From assembly GCA_022780765.1 (NCBI GenBank), contig JALEUS010000094.1, positions 1 to 39,693 on the forward strand: 39,693 nt of DNA. The letters are read 5' to 3'. This DNA comes from Bacilli bacterium. Its GTDB lineage: Bacteria > Bacillota_I > Bacilli_A > RFN20 > CAG-288. This document shows positions 1-8,013 of this stretch, piece by piece. The notes beneath the pieces were generated by a model. It ran no database searches and was not told the DNA's origin. It worked only from the letters and a program-made list of their open reading frames with translations. Every line of letters starts with the position of its first letter. The stretch's first letter is position 1. The position numbers and the translations under genes are program-made.

Positions 1-2
1 AA

Positions 3-338
3 ATCCTTCAAATATATTTTTCATCAGTTTATCGAGCTCGAATAGATCCATGTAAAAAGAGAGTCGGCGTTAATGAATTTAAATTGCTTCTTGAAACTTA
101 TCATAATAAAATAGCGGGTAGCGATTATCTTTATAGTGCTATAAAACCATGTCTTAATGAATTTGACTACATCAGGAAAAACCTAAGGCGACATGGTGAA
201 GAGTATAGTCTTGATAGTCTAATTGAATACTACAAAAAGACTGACGCTTTATTTACTGAAGCAAGTGACGCTCTTATCGAAGAGATAATTGATATTAAGA
301 AAGAAGAAGATTTATTATTCCGAAGTCGCTATAGATAG
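3..338 (+). CDS. Partial (5'-truncated) hypothetical protein, C-terminal ~111 aa; contains an Rx5H motif (RKNLRRH)
   Basis: The frame of the listed 84..338 ORF is open back to position 3 (ILQIYFSSVYRARIDPCKKRVGVNEFKLLLE...), so the gene starts before the window. It ends at TAG 336-338. No family recognised. Confidence 0.6.
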   Translation: MLQIYFSSVYRARIDPCKKRVGVNEFKLLLETYHNKIAGSDYLYSAIKPCLNEFDYIRKNLRRHGEEYSLDSLIEYYKKTDALFTEASDALIEEIIDIKKEEDLLFRSRYR

Positions 339-433
339 GGGTATTCAGAACTCATAAGGGGTATTCAATTTTTCAATAAGGGTATTCAATAAAGGACTAA
401 GGGTATTCAAAAAATCACTTAGGGGTATTCAAA
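336..433 (+). repeat. Array of 5 short direct repeats, core GGGTATTCA (consensus TAAGGG(G)TATTCAA), period 20-22 nt, variable linkers
   Basis: Core GGGTATTCA at 339, 359, 380, 401 and 423 (spacings 20, 21, 21, 22). Confidence 0.9.
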
Positions 434-475
434 CTCGTATTAAGAACAGTAATTAAAGCCATATTATGAAGATTT

Positions 476-510
476 AGGCTTGATTTCAAAGATGGGTTTC
501 AAGCCTTTTT
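476..510 (+). terminator. Probable intrinsic terminator downstream of the repeat array
   Basis: Stem AGGCTTGA (476-483) / TCAAGCCT (499-506) followed by a T-run. Confidence 0.6.
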
Positions 511-573
511 GTTATCTCATTGTTATTTTTTTAATTCCTATTATAATTTCTTAAAAGATTAAGAAAATTAAAG

Positions 574-778
574 ATGAGTATAAAAAAGATAGAAACAAAT
601 TTATATTGGTAAGAAAAATCTAAGATAAGGTAAAGAATCAAATCAATGAAAGAATCTGGAATAGTAATGTCAAAGTAATTGCAGGTATTAGAAGAGGTGG
701 AAAAGCAACTCTTCTTTTCAATATTTTAAGGAGTATTTGATCTCTAGTTTTGGAAATGCTTATCGCATAATGATGTAA
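574..778 (+). pseudogene. Decayed N-terminal remnant of an AAA_14/DUF4143-type ATP-binding protein
   Basis: 624-740 translates DKVKNQINERIWNSNVKVIAGIRRGGKATLLFNI, resembling the KVITGIRRxGKSxLLF Walker-A segment of this family. It is broken by stops (610-612, 621-623) and a frameshift into KEYLISS. Confidence 0.65.
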
Positions 779-983
779 CTATATTAGATTTTAATTGATT
801 TATAAACAAGCTGTTATCGATAGAATAGGTAAAAGGAAGTGTTGTTATTAATCTTTTTCTCAAGTTTAATCTTTTTTTTACTTTTTTCAGAAGAACAATG
901 TAAAAAGAAAAAACTTTTACTCTTGTTTTTTTAATCTTTTTTTATTTCTGTTATTATAATGAATTGTAAGAGATTAAAAAAAT

Positions 984-2174
984 ATGAGATCTATAAGAGA
1001 ACTTTATATAATCGGACATGGTCCTAGTTCTTCGCACACTATGGGTGTTGCTTTTGCTTGTGAATATGTAAAGGAAAAATATTTGGATATAAAAGAGGTA
1101 AAAGTGATACTATACGGTTCACTTGCTTTGACAGGAAAAGGTCATTTAACAGATTATATAATAAAAAAAGAATTTGATAAAAAACTTAAGAGCATCGATT
1201 TTGATACTGTAAAAAAGACTTCTCATCCCAATGTTATGGAGTTTTTTGTCACAGATAATGATGGAAAAGAACATTATGAGAAAATCTGTTCTACCGGTGG
1301 AGGAAGCATAAAAATATTCAGTCAAAAGGATCAGAAACATAAGGAGATCTATCCCCATAATTCACTGAAAGATATTCTTCTATTCTGCAAGAAAGAGAGA
1401 ATATCTCTTGTTGACTATGTGAAAAGATATGAGGATAAAGATATTCTTTCTTATATGAAAGAGATTCTTTTGACAATGAAAAACGTAACCAAAACAGGTA
1501 TGAATAAAACTGGTTATCTTCCAGGCACACTGAAGGTTAAAAGAAAAGCAAGTGCCATGTATAAAAGAGCGTTAACAAACAATAGTTTGTCAGATATTAA
1601 TACATGTATTGCTATTACAAGTTTCGCTGTAGCTGAAGAAAACGCTTCAGGAGGTGTCGTTGTCACTGCTCCCACATGCGGAAGTGCAGGCGTTTTACCT
1701 GGAACGATCACTTACTGTAAGATGAACAACTTGTCTGAAGAGAGAATACTAGATGGACTTCTCGTTGCTGGACTTTTTGGAATGCTTGCTAAAACAAATG
1801 GTTCAGTCAGCGGTGCAGAGTGTGGGTGTCAAGCTGAAATAGGTGTCGCCTGTGCGATGGGAGCGGCACTGGTTGCTACTGCTTTACAGCTTCAGAATGA
1901 AAAGATAGCTCAATCGGCTGAGATAGCTTTAGAGCATTCTCTTGGTTTGACCTGCGATCCAGTGTGTGGATATGTTCAGATTCCTTGTATCGAGAGATGC
2001 GCAATCTATGCATTAAAAGCTGTTGATTCTGTTTTACTTGCTAAACTCTTACCATCATCAGATGCGAAAGTGTCTTTCGATGATATTTTAAAAACGATGT
2101 ATATGACTGGGAAGGATATCAGAAAAGAATATAAAGAGACATCGATTTCTGGTCTTGCTAAAGTCATCAAATAA
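984..2174 (+). CDS. sdaA: L-serine ammonia-lyase, Fe-S dependent, single-chain
   Basis: Motifs GPSSSHT, EENASGGVVVTAPTCGSAG, SGAECGCQAEIG, GLTCDPV.GYVQIPCIER, YKETS.SGLA. Confidence 0.93.
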   Translation: MRSIRELYIIGHGPSSSHTMGVAFACEYVKEKYLDIKEVKVILYGSLALTGKGHLTDYIIKKEFDKKLKSIDFDTVKKTSHPNVMEFFVTDNDGKEHYEKICSTGGGSIKIFSQKDQKHKEIYPHNSLKDILLFCKKERISLVDYVKRYEDKDILSYMKEILLTMKNVTKTGMNKTGYLPGTLKVKRKASAMYKRALTNNSLSDINTCIAITSFAVAEENASGGVVVTAPTCGSAGVLPGTITYCKMNNLSEERILDGLLVAGLFGMLAKTNGSVSGAECGCQAEIGVACAMGAALVATALQLQNEKIAQSAEIALEHSLGLTCDPVCGYVQIPCIERCAIYALKAVDSVLLAKLLPSSDAKVSFDDILKTMYMTGKDIRKEYKETSISGLAKVIK

Positions 2175-2220
2175 ATCTTTAAATCAATGATTTTTAAGAT
2201 CTGCAACCAGTTAAGTTATG

Positions 2221-2248
2221 TTGACAATAACTATTTACAATGTATAAT
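2221..2248 (+). promoter_or_regulatory. SigA-type promoter of the hydrogenase gene
   Basis: TTGACA (2221-2226), 16-nt spacer, TATAAT (2243-2248); strong SD GAGGAGG before ATG 2278. Confidence 0.75.
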
Positions 2249-2262
2249 TAGAATAATTCTAA
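2248..2262. promoter_or_regulatory. PerR/Fur-family 7-1-7 operator candidate
   Basis: TTAGAAT-A-ATTCTAA is a perfect inverted repeat matching the Per-box pattern TTANAATNATTNTAA and overlaps the predicted transcription start. Confidence 0.55.
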
Positions 2263-2277
2263 AATTGAGGAGGAATT

Positions 2278-3642
2278 ATGAAACATTTACCACTGGATGT
2301 AAGAGTACCTATTGAAGAAGATAATCCATCGATATGTCGTGATGAAAACAAGTGTATCAAATGCGGTCAATGCAGAGATGTGTGCAAGAATTATATATCT
2401 GTTTTAGATAGATACACTTTTGATATGACAGAAAACAAAGCTATATGTATAAACTGTGGACAGTGTTCGATAGTCTGTCCTACAAAGGCGATCACTGAAA
2501 AGAAAGAGTATCATCTTGTTGAAGAACAAATAAAGGATGATGAGAAAGTTGTCATCGTATCGACTTCTCCTTCCTGCCGTGTATCTTTAGGTGATGAATT
2601 TAATTTGAAACCTGGTACCTTTGTTGAGAAGAAGATGGTTTCTTTGTTAAGAAAACTAGGATTTAAATATGTTTTGGATACTAACTTTGGTGCTGACTTG
2701 ACAATCGTTGAAGAAGCAAGTGAATTGATTGAAAGGATAAAAAACAAAGGTGTTCTTCCTCAGTTCACCTCCTGCTGTCCAGCATGGGTTAAATTTGTTG
2801 AAACCTTTTATCCTGAATTCATTCCTAATATCTCATCATGCAAAAGTCCACTAGGGATGCAAGGTCCTACTATAAAGACATATTTTGCGAAAAAGATGAA
2901 CATCGATCCTAGAAGGATAGTCAATGTTGCTTTGACTCCTTGTACTGCCAAGAAATTTGAGATCAGAAGAGAGGAGATGAACGCTTCTTCTAAGTATCAC
3001 GATATAAAAGATATGCGAGATATGGATTATGTGATAACCACAAGAGAGTTAGCTAGTTGGGCAAAGGAGAAGAACATAGATTTTGCTTCTCTTGAAGATA
3101 GTGAGTACGACTCTTTAATGTCCTCCTCATCTGGTGCAGGAACAATCTTTGGTAACACAGGTGGAGTCTTGCAAGCTGCTCTTAGAACAGCATATGAGTT
3201 TTTAACTGGTAAACAAATTGACAAAAACTTATTGGAGTTTAAACCTGTCAGAGGATATGAGAGTTTAAAAGAAGCTTCACTTGATATCGATGGTTTAAAG
3301 CTGAATGTGGCTGTCATCTATGGAACAAAAGAGGCATCGGTTATTTTAGATAAGATCAAAAATGGTGAAAATAAATATCATTTTATCGAGGTGATGACCT
3401 GTCCTATGGGTTGCATAGGTGGAGGTGGTCAACCTGTAAAAGATGATTTTGACTACGATGAAGTGAGGAAAAGAAGAGTTGATTCTCTATATGAGGAAGA
3501 CAGAAGAAAAACTGTAAGAAAGAGTCATGAGAATCCTGAAATTATCAAACTGTATGAAGAGTTTTATTCTAAACCTTCAAGCGACTTATCAAAGAAGATG
3601 CTTCACACGATCTATCATGAGAGAGATGATATAAAAAAATAA
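2278..3642 (+). CDS. Monomeric [FeFe]-hydrogenase, group A (2x[4Fe-4S] domain + H-cluster domain)
   Basis: Two ferredoxin motifs (CIKCGQCRDVC, CINCGQCSIVCP); H-cluster motifs TSCCPAW, TPCTAKKFE, EVMTCPMGCIGGGGQP; C-terminal RKSHENP..LHT. Confidence 0.93.
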   Translation: MKHLPLDVRVPIEEDNPSICRDENKCIKCGQCRDVCKNYISVLDRYTFDMTENKAICINCGQCSIVCPTKAITEKKEYHLVEEQIKDDEKVVIVSTSPSCRVSLGDEFNLKPGTFVEKKMVSLLRKLGFKYVLDTNFGADLTIVEEASELIERIKNKGVLPQFTSCCPAWVKFVETFYPEFIPNISSCKSPLGMQGPTIKTYFAKKMNIDPRRIVNVALTPCTAKKFEIRREEMNASSKYHDIKDMRDMDYVITTRELASWAKEKNIDFASLEDSEYDSLMSSSSGAGTIFGNTGGVLQAALRTAYEFLTGKQIDKNLLEFKPVRGYESLKEASLDIDGLKLNVAVIYGTKEASVILDKIKNGENKYHFIEVMTCPMGCIGGGGQPVKDDFDYDEVRKRRVDSLYEEDRRKTVRKSHENPEIIKLYEEFYSKPSSDLSKKMLHTIYHERDDIKK

Positions 3643-3678
3643 GGTGAAGTCAAAAAAATATCCACATATGAATAGTAA

Positions 3679-3687
3679 TGTTATAAT
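3679..3687 (+). promoter_or_regulatory. Extended -10 promoter element
   Basis: TGTTATAAT upstream of SD GGAGG (3704-3708). Confidence 0.5.
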
Positions 3688-3713
3688 TAAAATATAAGAG
3701 AATGGAGGTAAAT

Positions 3714-4331
3714 ATGGACAATAAAGCACTGTTTAATATTTCTTATGGAATATTCTTACTTGCTACAAAAGATGGTGAAAAATTAAATGGTTGTATCACA
3801 AACACATGCATGCAGGTTGCAAATAATCCGACCAGGATTGCAATGTCTGTCATCAACAACAACCTTACCTGTGAGATGTTGAAGAAGAGCAAAGTATTCG
3901 CTCTTTCTATTTTGGACAAGAGAGTGACTTTTGATACTATCAAACACTTCGGTCTTCAATCTGGAAGAGATGTCGATAAATTCAAAGATGTATCTTATGT
4001 TAAAGATCTCAATGGTGTTCCATATCTTAACGATTGCTCATGCTCAGTGTTTTCTTGCCATGTGGTATCAGAAACAGATTTAGGAAGTCACACTATGTTC
4101 ATCGCTGAATTCGATGATGCTAAGGTTCTTTCAACTGAAGAGCCTGTCACTTACAGCTACTATCAAAATAATATCAAACCTAAACCAGAGACAATCAAAA
4201 AAGATAGAAAGATCATCGGTTGGAGATGCAAGATATGTAATTACGTGTATGATGGTCCAGACATTCCTGCAGATTATTTATGTCCTCTCTGTGGTCATCC
4301 TGTCAGCGATTTTGAACCGATATACGAGTAA
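3714..4331 (+). CDS. Flavin reductase-like domain fused to C-terminal rubredoxin (high-molecular-weight rubredoxin-like)
   Basis: N-terminal ISYGIFLL..NGCITNT..FGLQSGRDVDKF..GSHTMFIAE; C-terminal WRCKICNYVY..CPLCG. Start moved to ATG 3714 on SD position. Confidence 0.88.
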   Translation: MDNKALFNISYGIFLLATKDGEKLNGCITNTCMQVANNPTRIAMSVINNNLTCEMLKKSKVFALSILDKRVTFDTIKHFGLQSGRDVDKFKDVSYVKDLNGVPYLNDCSCSVFSCHVVSETDLGSHTMFIAEFDDAKVLSTEEPVTYSYYQNNIKPKPETIKKDRKIIGWRCKICNYVYDGPDIPADYLCPLCGHPVSDFEPIYE

Positions 4332-4357
4332 ATCTCTCTTACTAATTTAAATCAATT

Positions 4358-4397
4358 AAATTCTATACAGATATCAAAATTTGTATAGAATTTTTTT
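4358..4397 (+). terminator. Intrinsic terminator
   Basis: AAATTCTATACA ... TGTATAGAATTT stem followed by a T-run. Confidence 0.75.
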
Positions 4398-4522
4398 ATT
4401 TTATACAAATAAATTACAAATGATTAATAATTGCATTTAATATTTTAAAAACATCAATATTTTTTGATGTGCAGAACAAATGAGTAATAATTTACCTATT
4501 CAAAAAAATAGTTGCATATCAT

Positions 4523-4551
4523 TTGCAATACGTGTTTTTTGAAAATAGAAT
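4523..4551 (+). promoter_or_regulatory. Candidate SigA promoter for nrdDG
   Basis: TTGCAA, 17-nt spacer, TAGAAT. Confidence 0.5.
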
Positions 4552-4586
4552 ATAAGTGCAAAACGATTCAAAAAAAGGAGGATGTT

Positions 4587-6887
4587 ATGACTAGGATTTA
4601 TGATGAAACTTTAGATGGTAATTTAGGATTAGATGACCCATCTATATGCATAATGAAAAGATCGGGAGAGAGAGTCCCTTTCAATGAAAGAAAGATTATA
4701 GCTGCAATAAAAAAAGCTAATGATGAAGAAGGAATTTTAGCTTTGAGGCTCACGGATGATGAGATCATCGCTATAGCTAGAGGCATCAAAAAGAATGCTC
4801 TGAATGCAGGAAGAGATCTCTCTGTTGAAGAGATTCAAGATAAAGTTGAAGATGCTCTGATGGCTTCTGGGAAGCATTCTGTAGCTAGGCTTTATATCAC
4901 TTATCGCTATAAACACAATGAGAACAGGAAATTATCTGATATCGATCAGAAGATTTCTGGTGTCGTTGAAAGAGATAATGAAGAGGTCAAACAGGAGAAT
5001 TCGAACAAGAATCCAACTATTCTCTCTGTCCAGAGGGATTATATGGCTGGTGAGTGGTCTAGGTATTATACAAACAGATATCTTTTACCTCATGATATCT
5101 CACAAGCTCATAAGGAAGGTATCATCCATTTCCATGATGCTGATTACTTTGCTCAGCACATGCACAACTGCTGTTTGGTCAATCTTAATGACATGCTTCA
5201 AAATAGCACCTGCATCTCTGGAACAAAGATAGATAAGCCTCATTCGTTTATCACAGCTTGTACTGTCGCAAGTCAGATCGTTGCTCAAGTAGCATCATCT
5301 CAATATGGAGGACAGACAATCACGATGTCTCATCTTGCTCCATTTGTGGACTGTTCAAGAAAAAAGATTGCAAAAAGATTGAGGGAAGAGTTTGCGCAAA
5401 CCGGTATTGAGGCAGATGAAGAGCAGTTTAATTCTCTTGTTGAAAAAGAGGTTGTCAAAGAAGTTGAATCTGGATGTCAAACTATTCAATATCAGCTTAT
5501 TACTCTTCAGTCCACAAATGGTCAGGCTCCTTTTGTCACCGTATTTCTCTACTTAAATGAAGTAGAAGAAGGAAGAGTGAGAGATGATTTAGCTCTGATT
5601 ATCAAAGTGATGCTTGAACAAAGAATATTGGGTGTAAAAGATAAAAATGGTTCTTATATAACTCCTGCTTTTCCTAAGCTTATCTATGTTTTACAGGAAG
5701 ATAATATCAATGAAGATGGGAAATATTATTATCTGACACAACTAGCAGCAAAATGCACTGCAAAAAGACTTGTTCCTGATTACATATCAGAGAAGAAAGC
5801 ACTGGAGATAAAAGGAGACTGTTATCCATGTATGGGATGCAGAAGTTTTTTGACACCTGATCGCTTCACTAAAAATGGAAAGGGCAATATGTCTAACGCT
5901 TTGGATTACAATCCAAATAAGAACAAGTATTATGGAAGATTTAATCAGGGTGTTGTAACTATCAATCTGGTCGATGCTGCTTGCTCATCAAACAAAGATG
6001 AAGATAAGTTTTGGGAGATATTAAATGATAGATTAGAGCTGTGTCATCGCGCTTTAAGAATAAGACATGAAAGACTTTTAGGTACACCATCTGATGTTGC
6101 TCCTATTTTATGGCAGGATGGAGCCTTAGCAAGGCTTAAGCCAGGCGAGGTGATAGACAAACTTCTCTACGATGGATACTCAACTATCTCTTTAGGTTAT
6201 GCTGGTTTAGCTGAGACTGTCTACTATATGAAAGGTGTCTCTCATACATCAAAAGAGGGTGAGCAGTTCGGATTTAAGATCATGAAGCTGTTAAATGACA
6301 AGTGCAAAGAGTGGAAAAAAGATGAGAATATCGATTACTCTGTCTACGGAACCCCATTAGAATCAACAACTTATAAATTCGCGAAATGTCTGCAGAAGAG
6401 ATTCGGTATCATTAAGGATGTCACAGACCACAACTACATCACTAATTCATACCATGTCTGCGTGAGAGAGAATATCGATGCTTTCGATAAGCTTACAAAG
6501 GAAGCTAGATTCCAAGAACTTTCTCCTGGAGGTGCTATCTCCTATGTTGAAGTACCTGATCTTCAGAAGAATACAGAAGCGATCATCTCGATACTCAGAC
6601 ATATTTACGACACAATTTTGTATGCGGAATTGAATACGAAATCCGATCTTTGTGAATGCTGTGGATACGATGGTGAGATAAAGATTGTCAAAGACGATAC
6701 AGGAAAACTTATCTTTGAATGTCCAAAGTGTGGAAACAGAGATCAGAATACGATGCATGTTGCAAGAAGGACATGTGGATATATCGGTACACAGTACTGG
6801 AATCAAGGAAGAACGCAGGAAATAAAAGATCGTGTTCTTCATCTGTCATGCGGTGTGTTTGATCTCGAGCAAGAAAAGAAAGATTGA
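4587..6887 (+). CDS. nrdD: Anaerobic (class III) ribonucleoside-triphosphate reductase with ATP-cone
   Basis: ATP-cone (MKRSGERVPFN..KI..AI), HNCCL, SSQYGGQT, MGCRSFL, Zn CxxC/CxxC, glycyl-radical motif RRTCGYIG. Start ATG 4587 follows SD AAGGAGG. Confidence 0.96.
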   Translation: MTRIYDETLDGNLGLDDPSICIMKRSGERVPFNERKIIAAIKKANDEEGILALRLTDDEIIAIARGIKKNALNAGRDLSVEEIQDKVEDALMASGKHSVARLYITYRYKHNENRKLSDIDQKISGVVERDNEEVKQENSNKNPTILSVQRDYMAGEWSRYYTNRYLLPHDISQAHKEGIIHFHDADYFAQHMHNCCLVNLNDMLQNSTCISGTKIDKPHSFITACTVASQIVAQVASSQYGGQTITMSHLAPFVDCSRKKIAKRLREEFAQTGIEADEEQFNSLVEKEVVKEVESGCQTIQYQLITLQSTNGQAPFVTVFLYLNEVEEGRVRDDLALIIKVMLEQRILGVKDKNGSYITPAFPKLIYVLQEDNINEDGKYYYLTQLAAKCTAKRLVPDYISEKKALEIKGDCYPCMGCRSFLTPDRFTKNGKGNMSNALDYNPNKNKYYGRFNQGVVTINLVDAACSSNKDEDKFWEILNDRLELCHRALRIRHERLLGTPSDVAPILWQDGALARLKPGEVIDKLLYDGYSTISLGYAGLAETVYYMKGVSHTSKEGEQFGFKIMKLLNDKCKEWKKDENIDYSVYGTPLESTTYKFAKCLQKRFGIIKDVTDHNYITNSYHVCVRENIDAFDKLTKEARFQELSPGGAISYVEVPDLQKNTEAIISILRHIYDTILYAELNTKSDLCECCGYDGEIKIVKDDTGKLIFECPKCGNRDQNTMHVARRTCGYIGTQYWNQGRTQEIKDRVLHLSCGVFDLEQEKKD

Positions 6888-6889
6888 TA

Positions 6890-7414
6890 ATGCATTTTGG
6901 ACAGATATTAAAATGTGACTGTGCAAACGGAATCGGAATCAGATTGACTCTCTTTGTTTCTGGATGCACAAATCACTGTGCAGGCTGTTTTCAAAAAGAA
7001 ACGTGGGATTTTGATTTTGGTCATTTGTTCACTGAAGAGACTGAAGATTTTATAATCAATGAATTAAAGAAGCCTTTCTATCAAGGTCTAACTCTTCTTG
7101 GTGGTGAACCTTTTGAAAAGAGCAATCAAGAAGCTCTGCTTTCTCTTTGTCTGCGAGTAAAAAACGAACTTAAAAATAGAGATATTTGGGCTTACACCGG
7201 TTTTCTTTATGAAGATCTGCTCTGCAATGGAAAAAGACATTTTGAAGTCACAGACAGACTGCTTAACTGCATCGATATACTGATAGATGGGAAATTCATA
7301 GAGGATTTAAAGAACATTGATTTAAATTTCCGTGGTTCTGAAAATCAGAGAATAATCGATTTAAATAAGACAAGAAAAGAAAAGAAGATAGTTCTCTCAG
7401 AGTTGAACAACTAG
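6890..7414 (+). CDS. nrdG: Anaerobic RNR activating enzyme (radical SAM)
   Basis: NGIGIRLTLFVSGCTNHCAGCF, LLGGEP, FRGSENQR; adjacent to nrdD. Confidence 0.95.
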   Translation: MHFGQILKCDCANGIGIRLTLFVSGCTNHCAGCFQKETWDFDFGHLFTEETEDFIINELKKPFYQGLTLLGGEPFEKSNQEALLSLCLRVKNELKNRDIWAYTGFLYEDLLCNGKRHFEVTDRLLNCIDILIDGKFIEDLKNIDLNFRGSENQRIIDLNKTRKEKKIVLSELNN

Positions 7415-7418
7415 TAAT

Positions 7419-7468
7419 AAAAGACTGTTATCTTTCTATCAAATAGATTGAATAACAGTCTTTTTTTT
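7419..7468 (+). terminator. Intrinsic terminator
   Basis: AAAAGACTGTTAT / ATAACAGTCTTTT stem with T8 tail. Confidence 0.8.
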
Positions 7469-7538
7469 GCAGTCTTTTAAATAAATACAGTGTATGAGTG
7501 CAATAGATCATTCAAAAAAGAGAAATTTTGTTGCCTAA

Positions 7539-7573
7539 TTGTATGAAAATGGTATAATATGGGTGGAAGTGGT
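7539..7573 (+). promoter_or_regulatory. MraZ-binding repeats overlapping an extended -10 promoter
   Basis: TGG recurs at a 10-bp period (7550, 7560, 7570; TGT at 7540), as known for MraZ autoregulatory sites. TGGTATAAT lies at 7550-7558. Confidence 0.6.
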
Positions 7574-7580
7574 ACAAATT

Positions 7581-8012
7581 ATGTTCTACGGAAGCAAAGT
7601 TCACTGTATTGACGACAAGGGGAGATTAACTCTATCATCGATCTACAGAGATGGATTCACCTCTCAGAAATGTTATGCATGTTATGGCTTAGATCATTGC
7701 CTAGAGCTTTATCCTGAGGAAACATACATCAAAAAAGTCAACACGATAACTTCGCTTAACGATTTTGATGAAAATGCCAGAAAGGTCAAAAGAACATTTC
7801 TTTCAAACACCTTTTTGCTCACCATAGATTCACATAATAGAATACTTCTTCCGAAAACTCTTTTAGAGAAGACAGATTTAGCAAAAAATGTGATTGTCAT
7901 CGGTATGTACGATCATCTTGAAATGTGGGATGAAGAAAAGTATACCGAGATAGAAAAAAATAATCTGGATGACTTTGCAAAGAATGCTAAGGAAGTCATC
8001 AGCTGTGAATAA
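7581..8012 (+). CDS. mraZ: Division/cell-wall cluster transcriptional repressor MraZ
   Basis: Two DxKGR/DxxxRI repeats (IDDKGRLTL, IDSHNRILLP), IG.YDHLEMW; upstream of rsmH. Confidence 0.93.
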   Translation: MFYGSKVHCIDDKGRLTLSSIYRDGFTSQKCYACYGLDHCLELYPEETYIKKVNTITSLNDFDENARKVKRTFLSNTFLLTIDSHNRILLPKTLLEKTDLAKNVIVIGMYDHLEMWDEEKYTEIEKNNLDDFAKNAKEVISCE

Positions 8013-8013
8013 T

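Noticed and set aside
336-433. CRISPR or TIGR array interpretation of the GGGTATTCA repeats
   Set aside because: The unit is only 20-22 nt with ~8-10 variable bases. There is no alternating two-repeat pattern, no box C/D motif and no cas gene in the window.
4512-4586. Longest-ORF starts for nrdD (likewise mraZ 7539, rsmH 7969, pyk 13627, ispH 27607, ispG 35851, rpmG 35945)
   Set aside because: These extensions run through promoters or upstream genes; downstream ATGs fit SD or promoter position and typical N-termini better.
4587-6887. Intron or intein in nrdD (also checked dnaG and parE)
   Set aside because: The ORFs are continuous and of normal length, with no intein or homing-endonuclease motifs.
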